The notes under the pieces were generated by a model. The model was not told the DNA's origin. It worked only from the letters and a program-made list of their open reading frames with translations, and did not search any database. This document shows, piece by piece, positions 28,549 through 38,144 of a stretch of DNA of 64,000 nucleotides. The position numbers and the translations under genes were made by a program. Within the stretch, counting starts at the first letter, position 1. Each line of letters opens with the position of its first letter. The stretch comes from Rhodospirillaceae bacterium (GTDB lineage: Bacteria; Pseudomonadota; Alphaproteobacteria; TMED109). The DNA lies in NCBI GenBank assembly GCA_902614225.1, contig CACMKJ010000001.1, positions 12,032-76,031 of the forward strand, read 5' to 3'.

Positions 28549-29749
28549 TATTAAAGAAAACTTTCCCATTTTAAATAAAAAAATAGATGGCAAAAAAGTT
28601 ATTTATCTAGACTCAGCTGCGTCCTCACAAAAACCTTGCAGTGTCATTAACGATATAAAACATACCTATGAAAATAGTTATGCAAATGTGCACAGGGGAA
28701 TATATAAATTAAGTCAAATAGCTACAGATAAATATGAAGCATCCAGAGAAAAAATAGCAAAATTTTTAAATGTTAAAAGCTCTAAAGAAATTATTTTCAC
28801 AAGAGGAGCAACGGAGGGTATTAATTTAATTGCAAGTTCATTAGCAGACGGTTTTCTTAATCAAGATGATGAAGTCATAATCAGTACATTAGAACATCAT
28901 TCAAATATTATACCTTGGCAAATTGCAGCAAAAAAAACAGGCGCTAAAATAGTAGAGTTAAAACCTGATAATAATGGAAATATATTTGTAGAGGAATTAA
29001 TAAAATGTATTACAAAAAAAACAAAAATTATATCTTTGCCTCATATCACTAACTCTATTGGTTCTATTTTGCCAATAAAAGAAATATGTTTAGAGGCCAA
29101 AAAAAGAGGAATTATAACCCTAGTTGATGGATGTCAAGCTGCACCACATGTTGAAATAGATTTAAATGAAATACAGCCAGACTTTTATGTGATTTCTGGG
29201 CATAAGATTTATGGTCCCTCTGGCATAGGTGCTCTTTATGGTAACAAGGAGTGGCTCGAAAAATTAAGTCCATACCAAACAGGTGGTGAGATGATAGATT
29301 TTGTTTCTATTCAAAAATCTACCTATGCAAATATTCCTAATAAGTTTGAAGCAGGTACTCCTAATATAGTAGGAGCAATAGCTTTAGCATCGGCAATAGA
29401 CTTTATGAATGAAATCGGCATTAATAAGATTACTGAACATAGTAACTACCTTACAAAAATATTATATGAAAAGTTGAAAAGCCTAAATTATATCAGAATA
29501 ATTGGAGAACCTGAAAGAAGACTAGGAATAGTGTCTTTTTTAGTTGAAGGAAGTCATCCTCATGATGTAGCATTATTATTGGATAATAGAGGCATATCTG
29601 TAAGAGCTGGGCATCATTGTGCTCAACCGGCCATGCGACACTTTAATGTAGATACCACGTTAAGGGTTTCTTTTGGAGTATATAACAATGAGGAAGACAT
29701 AGAGAATTTTTTAGTTAATTTGAAGGATATAGTAAAATATTTACAGTAA
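28541..29749 (+). CDS. sufS: Cysteine desulfurase SufS
   Basis: YLDSAASSQKP, NVHRG, EHHSN, SGHKIYGPSGIG, RAGHHCAQP; ATG at 28541 preferred. Confidence 0.97.
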   Translation: MNNIKENFPILNKKIDGKKVIYLDSAASSQKPCSVINDIKHTYENSYANVHRGIYKLSQIATDKYEASREKIAKFLNVKSSKEIIFTRGATEGINLIASSLADGFLNQDDEVIISTLEHHSNIIPWQIAAKKTGAKIVELKPDNNGNIFVEELIKCITKKTKIISLPHITNSIGSILPIKEICLEAKKRGIITLVDGCQAAPHVEIDLNEIQPDFYVISGHKIYGPSGIGALYGNKEWLEKLSPYQTGGEMIDFVSIQKSTYANIPNKFEAGTPNIVGAIALASAIDFMNEIGINKITEHSNYLTKILYEKLKSLNYIRIIGEPERRLGIVSFLVEGSHPHDVALLLDNRGISVRAGHHCAQPAMRHFNVDTTLRVSFGVYNNEEDIENFLVNLKDIVKYLQ

Positions 29750-29751
29750 TT

Positions 29752-30063
29752 ATGAGCAAAAATGCATTAAAAGACGATATAATTGAAGCCTTACAAGGAG
29801 TATACGATCCTGAGATACCTGTTTCTATATATGAATTAGGGCTCATTTATGATATACTAATCAAAGAAGACAATAATGTTGATATTATAATGACTTTAAC
29901 TACTCCAAACTGTCCAGAAGCCCAAACTATACCAGAAAAAGTAGCAGATGTAGTTTCTTTATTAAAAGGTGTTAATGAGGTTAAAGTAGAAATTACCTGG
30001 GATCCACCATGGACACAGGACAACATGACTGATGCAGCAAAGCTTGAACTAGGATTAATGTAA
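29752..30063 (+). CDS. SUF system Fe-S assembly protein (DUF59/MIP18, SufT-like)
   Basis: YDPEIPVSIYELGLIY, MTLTTPNCP, WDPPW. Confidence 0.93.
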   Translation: MSKNALKDDIIEALQGVYDPEIPVSIYELGLIYDILIKEDNNVDIIMTLTTPNCPEAQTIPEKVADVVSLLKGVNEVKVEITWDPPWTQDNMTDAAKLELGLM

Positions 30064-30073
30064 AAAGGGTTAT

Positions 30074-30409
30074 ATGAAAAAAGAAATTGCAGTAAATATT
30101 ACCCAACAAGCAATAGATAAGGCCAAGGAGTTGGTTAGTCTAGATGGTAGTAGTATTGGATTAAGAATAGAAATTAAAAAAGGCGGTTGCTCTGGTATGA
30201 CATACGATGTAGTGCATACAAAAAGTTTTAATGAGCAAGATGAGGTTATAAAAAAAGATGGTGTGACTTTTGTTATTGATCCTAGTGCAATATTATTTAT
30301 TATTGGCTCGACTATAGATTGGAAAGAAGACAAGTTTAAAAGGGGGTTTACTTTTGAAAATCCAAACGAAACAGCTCGCTGTGGCTGCGGTGAGTCCTTT
30401 AGCATTTAA
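30074..30409 (+). CDS. sufA: A-type Fe-S carrier (SufA/IscA, HesB family)
   Basis: GGCSGMTY, FENPN, CGCGESF. Confidence 0.92.
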   Translation: MKKEIAVNITQQAIDKAKELVSLDGSSIGLRIEIKKGGCSGMTYDVVHTKSFNEQDEVIKKDGVTFVIDPSAILFIIGSTIDWKEDKFKRGFTFENPNETARCGCGESFSI

Positions 30410-30411
30410 AG

Positions 30412-30924
30412 TTAGGCTTTTTCAGAAATTTTAATGGCGCTTTTTGAAAGTAACTTAATTCCTTTTTTTAGAGCACTGTGGAATAAGTCATTACCTGTAT
30501 CATGCTCACTTGCAAAATCAAGATGTTCCTTTTCTTCTTCACAAAATTTTTTAGTAATTTTAGCCAAATTATTATCTTTGCCCCTAAGGTATTGAGTTTG
30601 TTTTTGGTAATGATCAATAATTACTTCTTCTACTGCTTCAGTGCATGCATGAGTGGCTTTTTTTCCTAGTATAGCAGTAAGTACTCCTAATCCAAATGCT
30701 CCTGTTTTCCAAATAGGACTAAAAATTGTTGGTCTTACTTCGTATGAATTTAACAGTTCATTGAATTTATCATAATGCTTTTTTTCTTTACTCAGCATAT
30801 CTTTTAGGTCATTAGCTATAGGTTTATTTTTAAGTACTGCTAACTGTCCTTTATATATTTGTATAGCTCCAAGCTCTCCTGCTTGATTTACCCTGATTAT
30901 TTCTCTTATTCTTTTTTTTGACAT
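30412..30924 (-). CDS. coq7: Demethoxyubiquinone hydroxylase (Coq7 di-iron family)
   Basis: IRVNQAGELGAIQIYKGQ, ExxH motifs, CTEAVEEVIIDHY. Confidence 0.93.
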   Translation of the reverse strand: MSKKRIREIIRVNQAGELGAIQIYKGQLAVLKNKPIANDLKDMLSKEKKHYDKFNELLNSYEVRPTIFSPIWKTGAFGLGVLTAILGKKATHACTEAVEEVIIDHYQKQTQYLRGKDNNLAKITKKFCEEEKEHLDFASEHDTGNDLFHSALKKGIKLLSKSAIKISEKA

Positions 30925-30925
30925 A

Positions 30926-31414
30926 TTATTTAAATATATTTCTATTGTATTTTTTCAAGCATAACAACAATAAACTAGTACTAAATAAAAAACTTAAATT
31001 TGATAGAGATAAATTAAAAATTTTAAACTTCGGAAAAGCACAATCCATATTTTTTTTATTTCTGATCAAAAAATCTAATTCTTCTATAGAGTTAGCAGTT
31101 TCGTTATTTTGAGAAATACATGAAATAATATTATTAAAAAATCCAAACTCTATACCACTATGATAAAAACTTAAAGTAATTATAGCGCATAGAGTGATAG
31201 TTATAATTATTTCAAAATATTTACTCTTAGTACTTTTTTTAATATTTAAGATACACGCTAATAGAAGAAACAACCATAGGTACCTCTGATATAAACATAG
31301 TTTACAAGGAATTAGATTTAAAAAAAACTCTAAGAAAAACGAAAAAAGTACTGAAGCAAAAACTATAATAGCTAAAACTTTATTAAATAGGTTTACTTTT
31401 AAAAACTTATCCAT
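30926..31414 (-). CDS. dsbB: Disulfide bond formation protein B
   Basis: PCKLCLYQR, YHSGIE, second Cys pair, TM helices. Confidence 0.88.
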   Translation of the reverse strand: MDKFLKVNLFNKVLAIIVFASVLFSFFLEFFLNLIPCKLCLYQRYLWLFLLLACILNIKKSTKSKYFEIIITITLCAIITLSFYHSGIEFGFFNNIISCISQNNETANSIEELDFLIRNKKNMDCAFPKFKIFNLSLSNLSFLFSTSLLLLCLKKYNRNIFK

Positions 31415-32003
31415 ACATGAAAACTGTAAAAACTAAAGCCAATATTAATACAAAAAATAACGTTAATTTATAAAAATATTTATCTACAAAAGATAAACTT
31501 TTTTCTCCATATTTGTATACTAAATAGGAAAGTGAAATAAACCTTAAACCTCTAGCAAATATGGAGCAAATTATGAAAGTAAAAAAATTAAAAGATAATA
31601 GACCACTTCCAATTGTAAATATCTTATAAGGTATAGGAGTAAAACCTGCTAGTAAAATTATAAATAAACCATATTTAGAAAAATATTCTTTTAATTGATT
31701 TACTTCATTTTCAGCACTATAAAAATTTACTATATGATTACCTGCTAAATCCCAAAAAAAATATCCTATCATATACCCTATAACACCTCCTAAAACAGAA
31801 AATAGTGTGCAAACTACACTTATAAAAAACCATCTATTTTTTTTTGCTAAAACTATTGGAATTAAAAAAATATCTGGTGGAATGGGAAAAATAATGGACT
31901 CTAAAAACGAAAATAAACTTAGAATTTTTACGGAGTTTTTATTCTTTGATAATTTTAATGTATTATCTATTATATTGAAAATAAGGTTTTTGAATTTTTT
32001 CAT
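31407..32003 (-). CDS. YqaA/DedA (VTT domain) membrane protein
   Basis: FLESIIFPIPPD, SVLGGVIGY, AGFTPIPYK, RGLRF. Confidence 0.92.
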   Translation of the reverse strand: MKKFKNLIFNIIDNTLKLSKNKNSVKILSLFSFLESIIFPIPPDIFLIPIVLAKKNRWFFISVVCTLFSVLGGVIGYMIGYFFWDLAGNHIVNFYSAENEVNQLKEYFSKYGLFIILLAGFTPIPYKIFTIGSGLLSFNFFTFIICSIFARGLRFISLSYLVYKYGEKSLSFVDKYFYKLTLFFVLILALVFTVFMYG

Positions 32004-32958
32004 GATAAATTATTTTCTAAAATTAATAATTATTTCTTTTTTTTTATTTTTTTTATTTCTAAAGTATAACATTGCTGAGAATAATCAAATTTTATTAAAT
32101 GAGGTTCTTCCAGGAATTTTGCTATATTATGGAGAAAATGAAGAACCTAATGAAATAAATAAGGGTGCAATAGCCAATAAGGTAGCAATCATAGGTAACA
32201 AATCAATTCTGGTTTATGATACAGGACCTTCTAAACAATTTGCAAAAAGTTTTATAAAGGAATTAAGAAAATATTCAAAAAAACCAATTAAGTATTTAGT
32301 AATTTCTCATAGACACTTTGATCACGCATACGGAATAGAGGTATATATTAAAAAGAAAGTTACTATTTTTATAGATAAAACTGAATATTTTTATTTAAAA
32401 AAGGAAGGTCCGTTAATCAATAACTTATTGATTAAAAATCTAGGTTTTAATGAGAATAATATTAACTTTGATGATATTTCCGATGAAAAAATAAACTTTT
32501 TAGATGACAGTATAGAAGTTAATTTAGGGAATAGAAGAGTATTAATAAAAAATCTAGGTATAGCACATACTAAAGGAGATCTAATAGCATATGACTATAA
32601 TACAAACACTTATATTACTGGAGATGTAATTTTTATAGGAAGAGCTGCAGCATTTTCTGATGCAAATATTCCAATGTGGATTAATGTAATAAACAATAAA
32701 TTAAATTTGTCATGGGATTATCTAATACCTGGACACGGAAGTATAATTAATAATATGCTGGAACTAAATGATACAAAAAATTGGTTGTATTTTTTAGATA
32801 ATGCAGTAAAGCAAGCAATCTCTGAAGGTGATATGATATCAGAAATTTTTCAATATCCTTTACCAAAAGAAATTCATCACTTAAAAATGAAAAGTATCAC
32901 CTTAAGACAGGGAATTAAAAAGCAGCTAAACTTATACAGAAAAAAATATATTGAATAA
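32002..32958 (+). CDS. Secreted MBL-fold metallohydrolase, quinoprotein-relay/SoxH-related type
   Basis: Signal peptide from ATG 32002; NKGAIAN, DTG, SHRHFDH, AHTKGD, TGD, IPGHG. Confidence 0.8.
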   Translation: MINYFLKLIIISFFLFFLFLKYNIAENNQILLNEVLPGILLYYGENEEPNEINKGAIANKVAIIGNKSILVYDTGPSKQFAKSFIKELRKYSKKPIKYLVISHRHFDHAYGIEVYIKKKVTIFIDKTEYFYLKKEGPLINNLLIKNLGFNENNINFDDISDEKINFLDDSIEVNLGNRRVLIKNLGIAHTKGDLIAYDYNTNTYITGDVIFIGRAAAFSDANIPMWINVINNKLNLSWDYLIPGHGSIINNMLELNDTKNWLYFLDNAVKQAISEGDMISEIFQYPLPKEIHHLKMKSITLRQGIKKQLNLYRKKYIE

Positions 32959-32997
32959 TATATAAAAAAGTTTAAAAATTATCATTTATATTTTTTT

Positions 32998-33082
32998 GGG
33001 GCTGTGGCGGAATTGGTAGACGCAGGGGATTCAAAATCCCCCGGAGAAATCCTTGAGAGTTCGAGTCTCTCCAGCCCTACCA
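32998..33082 (+). tRNA. tRNA-Leu(CAA)
   Basis: Acceptor GGGGCTG/CAGCCCT, anticodon arm GGGGA-TTCAAAA-TCCCC, long variable arm, TTCGA T-loop, encoded CCA. Confidence 0.97.
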
Positions 33083-33101
33083 ATTTTTAAGAGAGGGTCT
33101 T

Positions 33102-33545
33102 ATGAGTTTTTTAAAAAGTAATCAAAGTTTAAAATATTACGAAAAGAAAGTTTCTGAAGACTATTTTATAATTGAAAAGAATATTATTTTCGCTGGAACT
33201 CACATTATTTTAGACTTATGGAATTGTAGCTTTTCTAATAATATAGCATCCCTTAAAAAAATCATTAAAGAAGCGGCCAATTTATCTAAAGCAAATATAT
33301 TGCATATGCATATGCATAGATTTGGCAAGGAACAAGGTATATCAGGAGTAGCTGTTTTAGCTGAGTCACACATCAGCGTGCACACTTGGCCAGAAAGAAA
33401 TTATATGGCAATTGATATGTTTATGTGTGGTAATACTTATCCTGAATTAGCTAGCGAATTTTTGGTTAAAATACTAAAGCCAAAAAGAAAAAAAATTGAA
33501 ATTATAAAAAGGGGAATAACCAAAATTGACAAAAAAATGTGTTGA
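33102..33545 (+). CDS. speD: S-adenosylmethionine decarboxylase proenzyme (short class 1B)
   Basis: GTHIILD, GISGVAVLAESHISVHTWPE (pyruvoyl cleavage site E-S), DMFMCG. Confidence 0.93.
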   Translation: MSFLKSNQSLKYYEKKVSEDYFIIEKNIIFAGTHIILDLWNCSFSNNIASLKKIIKEAANLSKANILHMHMHRFGKEQGISGVAVLAESHISVHTWPERNYMAIDMFMCGNTYPELASEFLVKILKPKRKKIEIIKRGITKIDKKMC

Positions 33546-34653
33546 ATGGCTAAACAACAATAGAAACTCGTCTCCCAGACTAGTTTATGATTTGGAGAAA
33601 GTTAAAGAAAACTTTTCTAAATTCATTAAGCTATTTGGAGTTATTAAACCTTATTATGCAGTAAAAGCTAACCCTAGTGTAAAAATAGTAGCATTACTAA
33701 ATAAACTTGGCTCTAACTTTGACTGTGCAAGCATTAATGAAATAAAAATATGTATCGATTTAGGTATAAGTGCTAGAAAAATTTCTTTTGGGAACACTAT
33801 AAAAAAATCAGATGATATTAAAAAAGCTTTTAAGCTAGGAATAAAACTATTTGCATTTGACTGTGAGGAAGAGTTATTAAAAATTAGAGAGTTTGCACCT
33901 AGATCCAATGTGTTCTGTAGGCTCGAGGTTTATAACGGTGGAGCAGAGTGGCCTCTCTCTAAAAAATTTGGTTGTTCTTCAAAAGAATTAGAGTATTTAT
34001 TAATTAAGGCAAAAGAAATTGGCTTGAATCCCGTAGGTTTATCTTTTCATGTAGGTTCACAACAACTATCAAAACAAACTTGGGAGAAAGCAATTAAAAC
34101 GTCGTCACAAATATATAAAAAGTTTAAAAAAAAATATTTTAAGTTGAGTTTTCTAAATATAGGTGGTGGAATGCCAGAAAGTTATGATAATAAAAAAATA
34201 GATATTAAGGATTACGCAAAAAATATACTCAATCAAATTAATAAATATTATAACGAAGTAATGCCTGAAAATATAATTGCAGAACCAGGAAGATTTCTTG
34301 TTGCGAGTGCCGGTGTATTGGAGAGTGAAGTTATTTTAATTAAAGAAAAAGAAGGAAAAAGATGGCTATATCTCGACGTAGGAAGGTACAGTGGACTAGC
34401 TGAAACTGAAGGAGAGGCAATAAAATATAAAATAGAGTTTTCTAGAAAAAATAAAGCGAAAAAAGTTAAATATATAATTGCTGGTCCGTCTTGTGATAGT
34501 CACGATATTTTATATCAAAAAAAATTATATACATTACCTAAAAACATTAAAGCAGGAGATAGGCTGAGAATATTTTCTGCAGGTTCATATATTATTTCTT
34601 ATCAATCAGGATTTAATGGAATAAAAAAAATAAAAGAAATATTTTTGAAATAA
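33526..34653 (+). CDS. Ornithine (or lysine/ornithine) decarboxylase, type III PLP alanine-racemase fold
   Basis: YAVKANP, FDCAS, KFG, SFHVGSQ, NIGGG, EPGRF, GPSCDSHD. Confidence 0.9.
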   Translation: MTKKCVEWLNNNRNSSPRLVYDLEKVKENFSKFIKLFGVIKPYYAVKANPSVKIVALLNKLGSNFDCASINEIKICIDLGISARKISFGNTIKKSDDIKKAFKLGIKLFAFDCEEELLKIREFAPRSNVFCRLEVYNGGAEWPLSKKFGCSSKELEYLLIKAKEIGLNPVGLSFHVGSQQLSKQTWEKAIKTSSQIYKKFKKKYFKLSFLNIGGGMPESYDNKKIDIKDYAKNILNQINKYYNEVMPENIIAEPGRFLVASAGVLESEVILIKEKEGKRWLYLDVGRYSGLAETEGEAIKYKIEFSRKNKAKKVKYIIAGPSCDSHDILYQKKLYTLPKNIKAGDRLRIFSAGSYIISYQSGFNGIKKIKEIFLK

Positions 34654-34659
34654 ATTAAA

Positions 34660-35484
34660 TTATTTTTTTAAAAAATTAGGAACTGCAAAAGAAGCATTTA
34701 ATATTTCTTTATTAAAATATTTTGTTTTAATATTCTTATTTATAAAAAATTTCTTTTTTTTAAATAAATCGTAATTATTTGATGCCCATACTAAAGCCAT
34801 AAAACCTCCTATATAAGATGGTACAACAGTGAAATATGAACCATAATATTTAAAATATTTTTTTACATCTTTAATGACTTCTTTAAGCTCTTTTTCTTGT
34901 AAAAAGGGTACTCCACTTTGGAATACAGCTATACTACTTTCAGACATTATATTCTTAATCTTTTTATAAAAATTGGATTTGTATAAACTTTTTCCGGCTC
35001 CTATGGGATCAGGTCTATCTGCGATAATAAGATCATAAGAATTTTGATTTTTATCTATGAACTTAAAAGCATCCTCATAAAATAAATTTAATTTTTTGCT
35101 AATCAGTGAATTCTTATTAATTTTTTTAAAGTATTTTTTACTTAAATCTACAACTTCTTTATCAATATCTACTAAATCAATACTTCTTATATCATTATAT
35201 TTTAGTACCTCCTCTGCAACAGCACCATCTCCTCCTCCAATTATTAATATTTTCTTTGCTTTTTTGGATAAAGCCTGCATAGCTGGATGTACTAGCATTT
35301 CAGAATAAGCATACTCATCTTTTTCTGTTACTTGGATAACACCATCAAGGGCCAGGACACGCCCATAGGTTAAAGTATCAAAAATTTCTATTTTTTGAAA
35401 ACTAGACTTTTTATTAATTAATCTATTTTTTATCTTAATTTCTTGATTAAGCCCTATATGTAATTTCTCTTTAAAAGTTTTCAT
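34660..35484 (-). CDS. speE: Spermidine synthase (polyamine aminopropyltransferase)
   Basis: LDGVIQVTEKDEYAYSEMLVH, ILIIGGGDG, DLIIADRPDPIG. Confidence 0.95.
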   Translation of the reverse strand: MKTFKEKLHIGLNQEIKIKNRLINKKSSFQKIEIFDTLTYGRVLALDGVIQVTEKDEYAYSEMLVHPAMQALSKKAKKILIIGGGDGAVAEEVLKYNDIRSIDLVDIDKEVVDLSKKYFKKINKNSLISKKLNLFYEDAFKFIDKNQNSYDLIIADRPDPIGAGKSLYKSNFYKKIKNIMSESSIAVFQSGVPFLQEKELKEVIKDVKKYFKYYGSYFTVVPSYIGGFMALVWASNNYDLFKKKKFFINKNIKTKYFNKEILNASFAVPNFLKK

Positions 35485-35495
35485 GTTGCTTACCT

Positions 35496-36209
35496 TTATG
35501 AGTTAATTATCTTATCCCATTTAATCCAGCGCTTATTTTTTCTCCAAGTAAACATAGGAAAAAATTTCTTATTAGATAAATTAGAATAATTATTATTTAA
35601 TTTAATTATTTCATCTAACATAAATTCTGTTACATCTGCAATTTTTTTATTTTTAGCTTCTTTGAGGGTTATCCAATCAAGGTTTTCCAATTCTCTATTA
35701 GCTTTCATATTACCAATAAAGTCTTCATAAAAAGCTAAAAAAAACCTTGCATGAAACCTTATTTTTAACTTTGAGGGGGTAATAGCTCTACCAAAAAAGA
35801 GTAGTTTATGTATGCTCGGAATATATGATTTTTCAGTAAAATGATTCCAAGAACTTTCACTATTTATAAATGGTTTTGATGGACTTCTATCTGCTTTAGC
35901 TAAATACAGCCCTGTTTCTTCTGCAGTTTCTCTAATAGCTGTAAGTAATAATGATTGGCAATGTGAATTAGAGTAAGACTTCATTGCTTTTTTATTTACT
36001 TTTTTATTAGGTTTTAGCTTAAAAAATTTATATGCTTGCAAATCTTCTTTTTCTGTTACACCGCCGGGAAAAACATAAACTCCAGGCATGAATCTAGACT
36101 GCATTGGTCTTTGTCCCATTAAAACAAAGGTTTTTTGCTTATTTTTCCTTATTATAATTAACGTGGAAGCATCTTTTGGTTTAGCAGGTTTATAATTAAA
36201 TTTTTCCAT
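35496..36209 (-). CDS. NUDIX hydrolase (NUDT19-like)
   Basis: PKDASTL, YVFPGG, AIRETAEETGL, ITP...RFHARFF. Confidence 0.88.
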   Translation of the reverse strand: MEKFNYKPAKPKDASTLIIIRKNKQKTFVLMGQRPMQSRFMPGVYVFPGGVTEKEDLQAYKFFKLKPNKKVNKKAMKSYSNSHCQSLLLTAIRETAEETGLYLAKADRSPSKPFINSESSWNHFTEKSYIPSIHKLLFFGRAITPSKLKIRFHARFFLAFYEDFIGNMKANRELENLDWITLKEAKNKKIADVTEFMLDEIIKLNNNYSNLSNKKFFPMFTWRKNKRWIKWDKIINS

Positions 36210-36285
36210 AAAACTGTAGTAATATTATTTAAATTAAAGTAATTAATAAATATAAAAATTTTCTTGAATAATAAATTATTTAGCA

Positions 36286-37170
36286 GTGAAAAACTATTAT
36301 AATAAAAATTTTAAAGCTAATTACAATACTGCAGAAATAATAGATAGTAATGTAAAAAGATTATTAGCAAAAAATCCTAGTCCATTTACATTTTATGGAA
36401 CAGGAACATATATCATTGGTCATGACGATTTAGCGGTTATTGATCCTGGTCCTTTAATAGAATCTCATATATTTAATTTGTTAAAGTTATTAAAAAGCGC
36501 AAAAAAAGTAAGTCTTTTCATAACGCATACACATGCGGATCATTCTCCTGCAGCCAGAGTAATTAAAGAAAATATTGATTGTACGTCATATGGATATGGT
36601 CCATACAAAAGAAAAAAGTTTGATACTAACTTTGAAGAAGGGCATGATTTAACTTTTAAACCAGATATCTATTTAAATGATGGAGAATTAGTAAATGGTA
36701 ATGGATGGACTATTAGGGCTATACATACGCCAGGACACACATCTAACCACATGTGTTATGGTTTGGAAGAACAGTTAACCTTATTTACTGGCGATCACAT
36801 TATGGGTTGGTCTACAACTGTTATAGTGCCTCCTGATGGAAATATGACTTCTTATATCGAAAGCTTGAAGAAAGTATTAAATTATAAATATAAAATATTT
36901 TATCCTACTCATGGAGGTCCCATCACTAAGCCACGACAATTTGTAAATGCATTAATAGCCCATAGATTAATGAGACAAACTCAAATTATTAATGAGTTAT
37001 CTAAAAATAATTTAACTATAAAAGAAATGGTTAGTAAATTCTATAAAACTACTGATAAGAGACTTTGGCCAGCCGCAGAAAAATCAATACTGGCAAATTT
37101 ATTAAGTTTGAAGGATAAAGGAGTAGTTGTTGATGAAGATAATAAAAAAGTAAAATGGAAAGTAATATAA
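36286..37170 (+). CDS. MBL-fold metallohydrolase (LACTB2-like)
   Basis: NPSPFTFYGTGTY, THTHADH, TPGHTSNH, FTGDH, PTHG. Confidence 0.9.
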   Translation: MKNYYNKNFKANYNTAEIIDSNVKRLLAKNPSPFTFYGTGTYIIGHDDLAVIDPGPLIESHIFNLLKLLKSAKKVSLFITHTHADHSPAARVIKENIDCTSYGYGPYKRKKFDTNFEEGHDLTFKPDIYLNDGELVNGNGWTIRAIHTPGHTSNHMCYGLEEQLTLFTGDHIMGWSTTVIVPPDGNMTSYIESLKKVLNYKYKIFYPTHGGPITKPRQFVNALIAHRLMRQTQIINELSKNNLTIKEMVSKFYKTTDKRLWPAAEKSILANLLSLKDKGVVVDEDNKKVKWKVI

Positions 37171-37186
37171 ATTATTAATTTTAATT

Positions 37187-38137
37187 ATGATTGTAAAAAG
37201 AAATAATTTTGAGAATATTAAAAGACAAAATTATAGTATAGCTGTAGGTAATTTTGATGGCATACATAAAGGACATAAATATCTATTAGATGCTCTTCTA
37301 AGATATAAAAAAACTGATAATTCTAAGGTAGCAGTCTTATCATTTACACCTCATCCTATTAAAATAATGGCACCTAATAAATGGAAAAAAAATTTAGTTA
37401 GATTTAGAACTAAATATGAAAAGTTGAAGTTATTAGGTTTAGATGCTTTATTTTTATTAAGTTTTTCTAAAAAATTTAGCGAAACATCAGCTGAACAATT
37501 TATAGTAAAATATTTAATAAATATGTTAAATGTTAAAAATATAGTGGTAGGAGAAGACTTTAGATTTGGTTATAACAGAGAAGGAAATATCAATTTATTA
37601 AAAAAATATGAAGAAAAAGGTGCTTTCAACATTGAAGAAATTAAAAAAAAATCAGATAACAAAAATAATATTTACTCATCATCATTAATAAGAGACTTAG
37701 TTAAAGATGGTAATCTCAGAAAGGCAAATAGTTTTTTAGGATATAACTGGCAAGTTCAAGGTAAGGTAATTAGAGGGAATGCTCTTGGAAGGACTTTAGG
37801 TTTTCCAACAGCTAATCTTAAATATATGCATCAAATATCTCCACAAAGAGGAATTTATGCATGCTGGACGCAGATAGAAGGAGAAACAAAATGGAGAATG
37901 AGCGCGGCATCAAGTGGGATAAGACCTCACTATGATGGAAAAGAAGAAATTTTAGAAGTATATATTTTTAATTACTCTGGTAATTTATATAGAAAAAGAA
38001 TTAAAGTATCATTTGTTGAAAAAATCAGAAATGAAGAAAAATTTAATAGTGATAATGATTTAATAGTTAGAATGAAAAAAGATTGTGAGCATATAAGAGA
38101 AATACTAACTAAAGCAGAAATTTTAGATAATAATTAA
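37187..38137 (+). CDS. ribF: Bifunctional riboflavin kinase/FAD synthetase
   Basis: GNFDGIHKGH, VGEDFRFG, SSSLIR, GRTLGFPTAN. Confidence 0.96.
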   Translation: MIVKRNNFENIKRQNYSIAVGNFDGIHKGHKYLLDALLRYKKTDNSKVAVLSFTPHPIKIMAPNKWKKNLVRFRTKYEKLKLLGLDALFLLSFSKKFSETSAEQFIVKYLINMLNVKNIVVGEDFRFGYNREGNINLLKKYEEKGAFNIEEIKKKSDNKNNIYSSSLIRDLVKDGNLRKANSFLGYNWQVQGKVIRGNALGRTLGFPTANLKYMHQISPQRGIYACWTQIEGETKWRMSAASSGIRPHYDGKEEILEVYIFNYSGNLYRKRIKVSFVEKIRNEEKFNSDNDLIVRMKKDCEHIREILTKAEILDNN

Positions 38138-38144
38138 TGTAAAA

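Noticed and set aside
31807-32001. 65-codon N-terminal extension of the MBL hydrolase in the ORF track
   Set aside because: It lies antisense inside yqaA, and the signal peptide begins at ATG 32002.
32998-33082. tRNA-Leu as an island integration site
   Set aside because: No integrase and no duplicated tRNA 3' end were seen in the window; the same holds for tRNA-Gln.
33102-33545. SpeD homologue as a neofunctionalised arginine/ornithine decarboxylase
   Set aside because: The adjacent ODC and SpeE make ordinary AdoMet decarboxylase activity the simpler reading.
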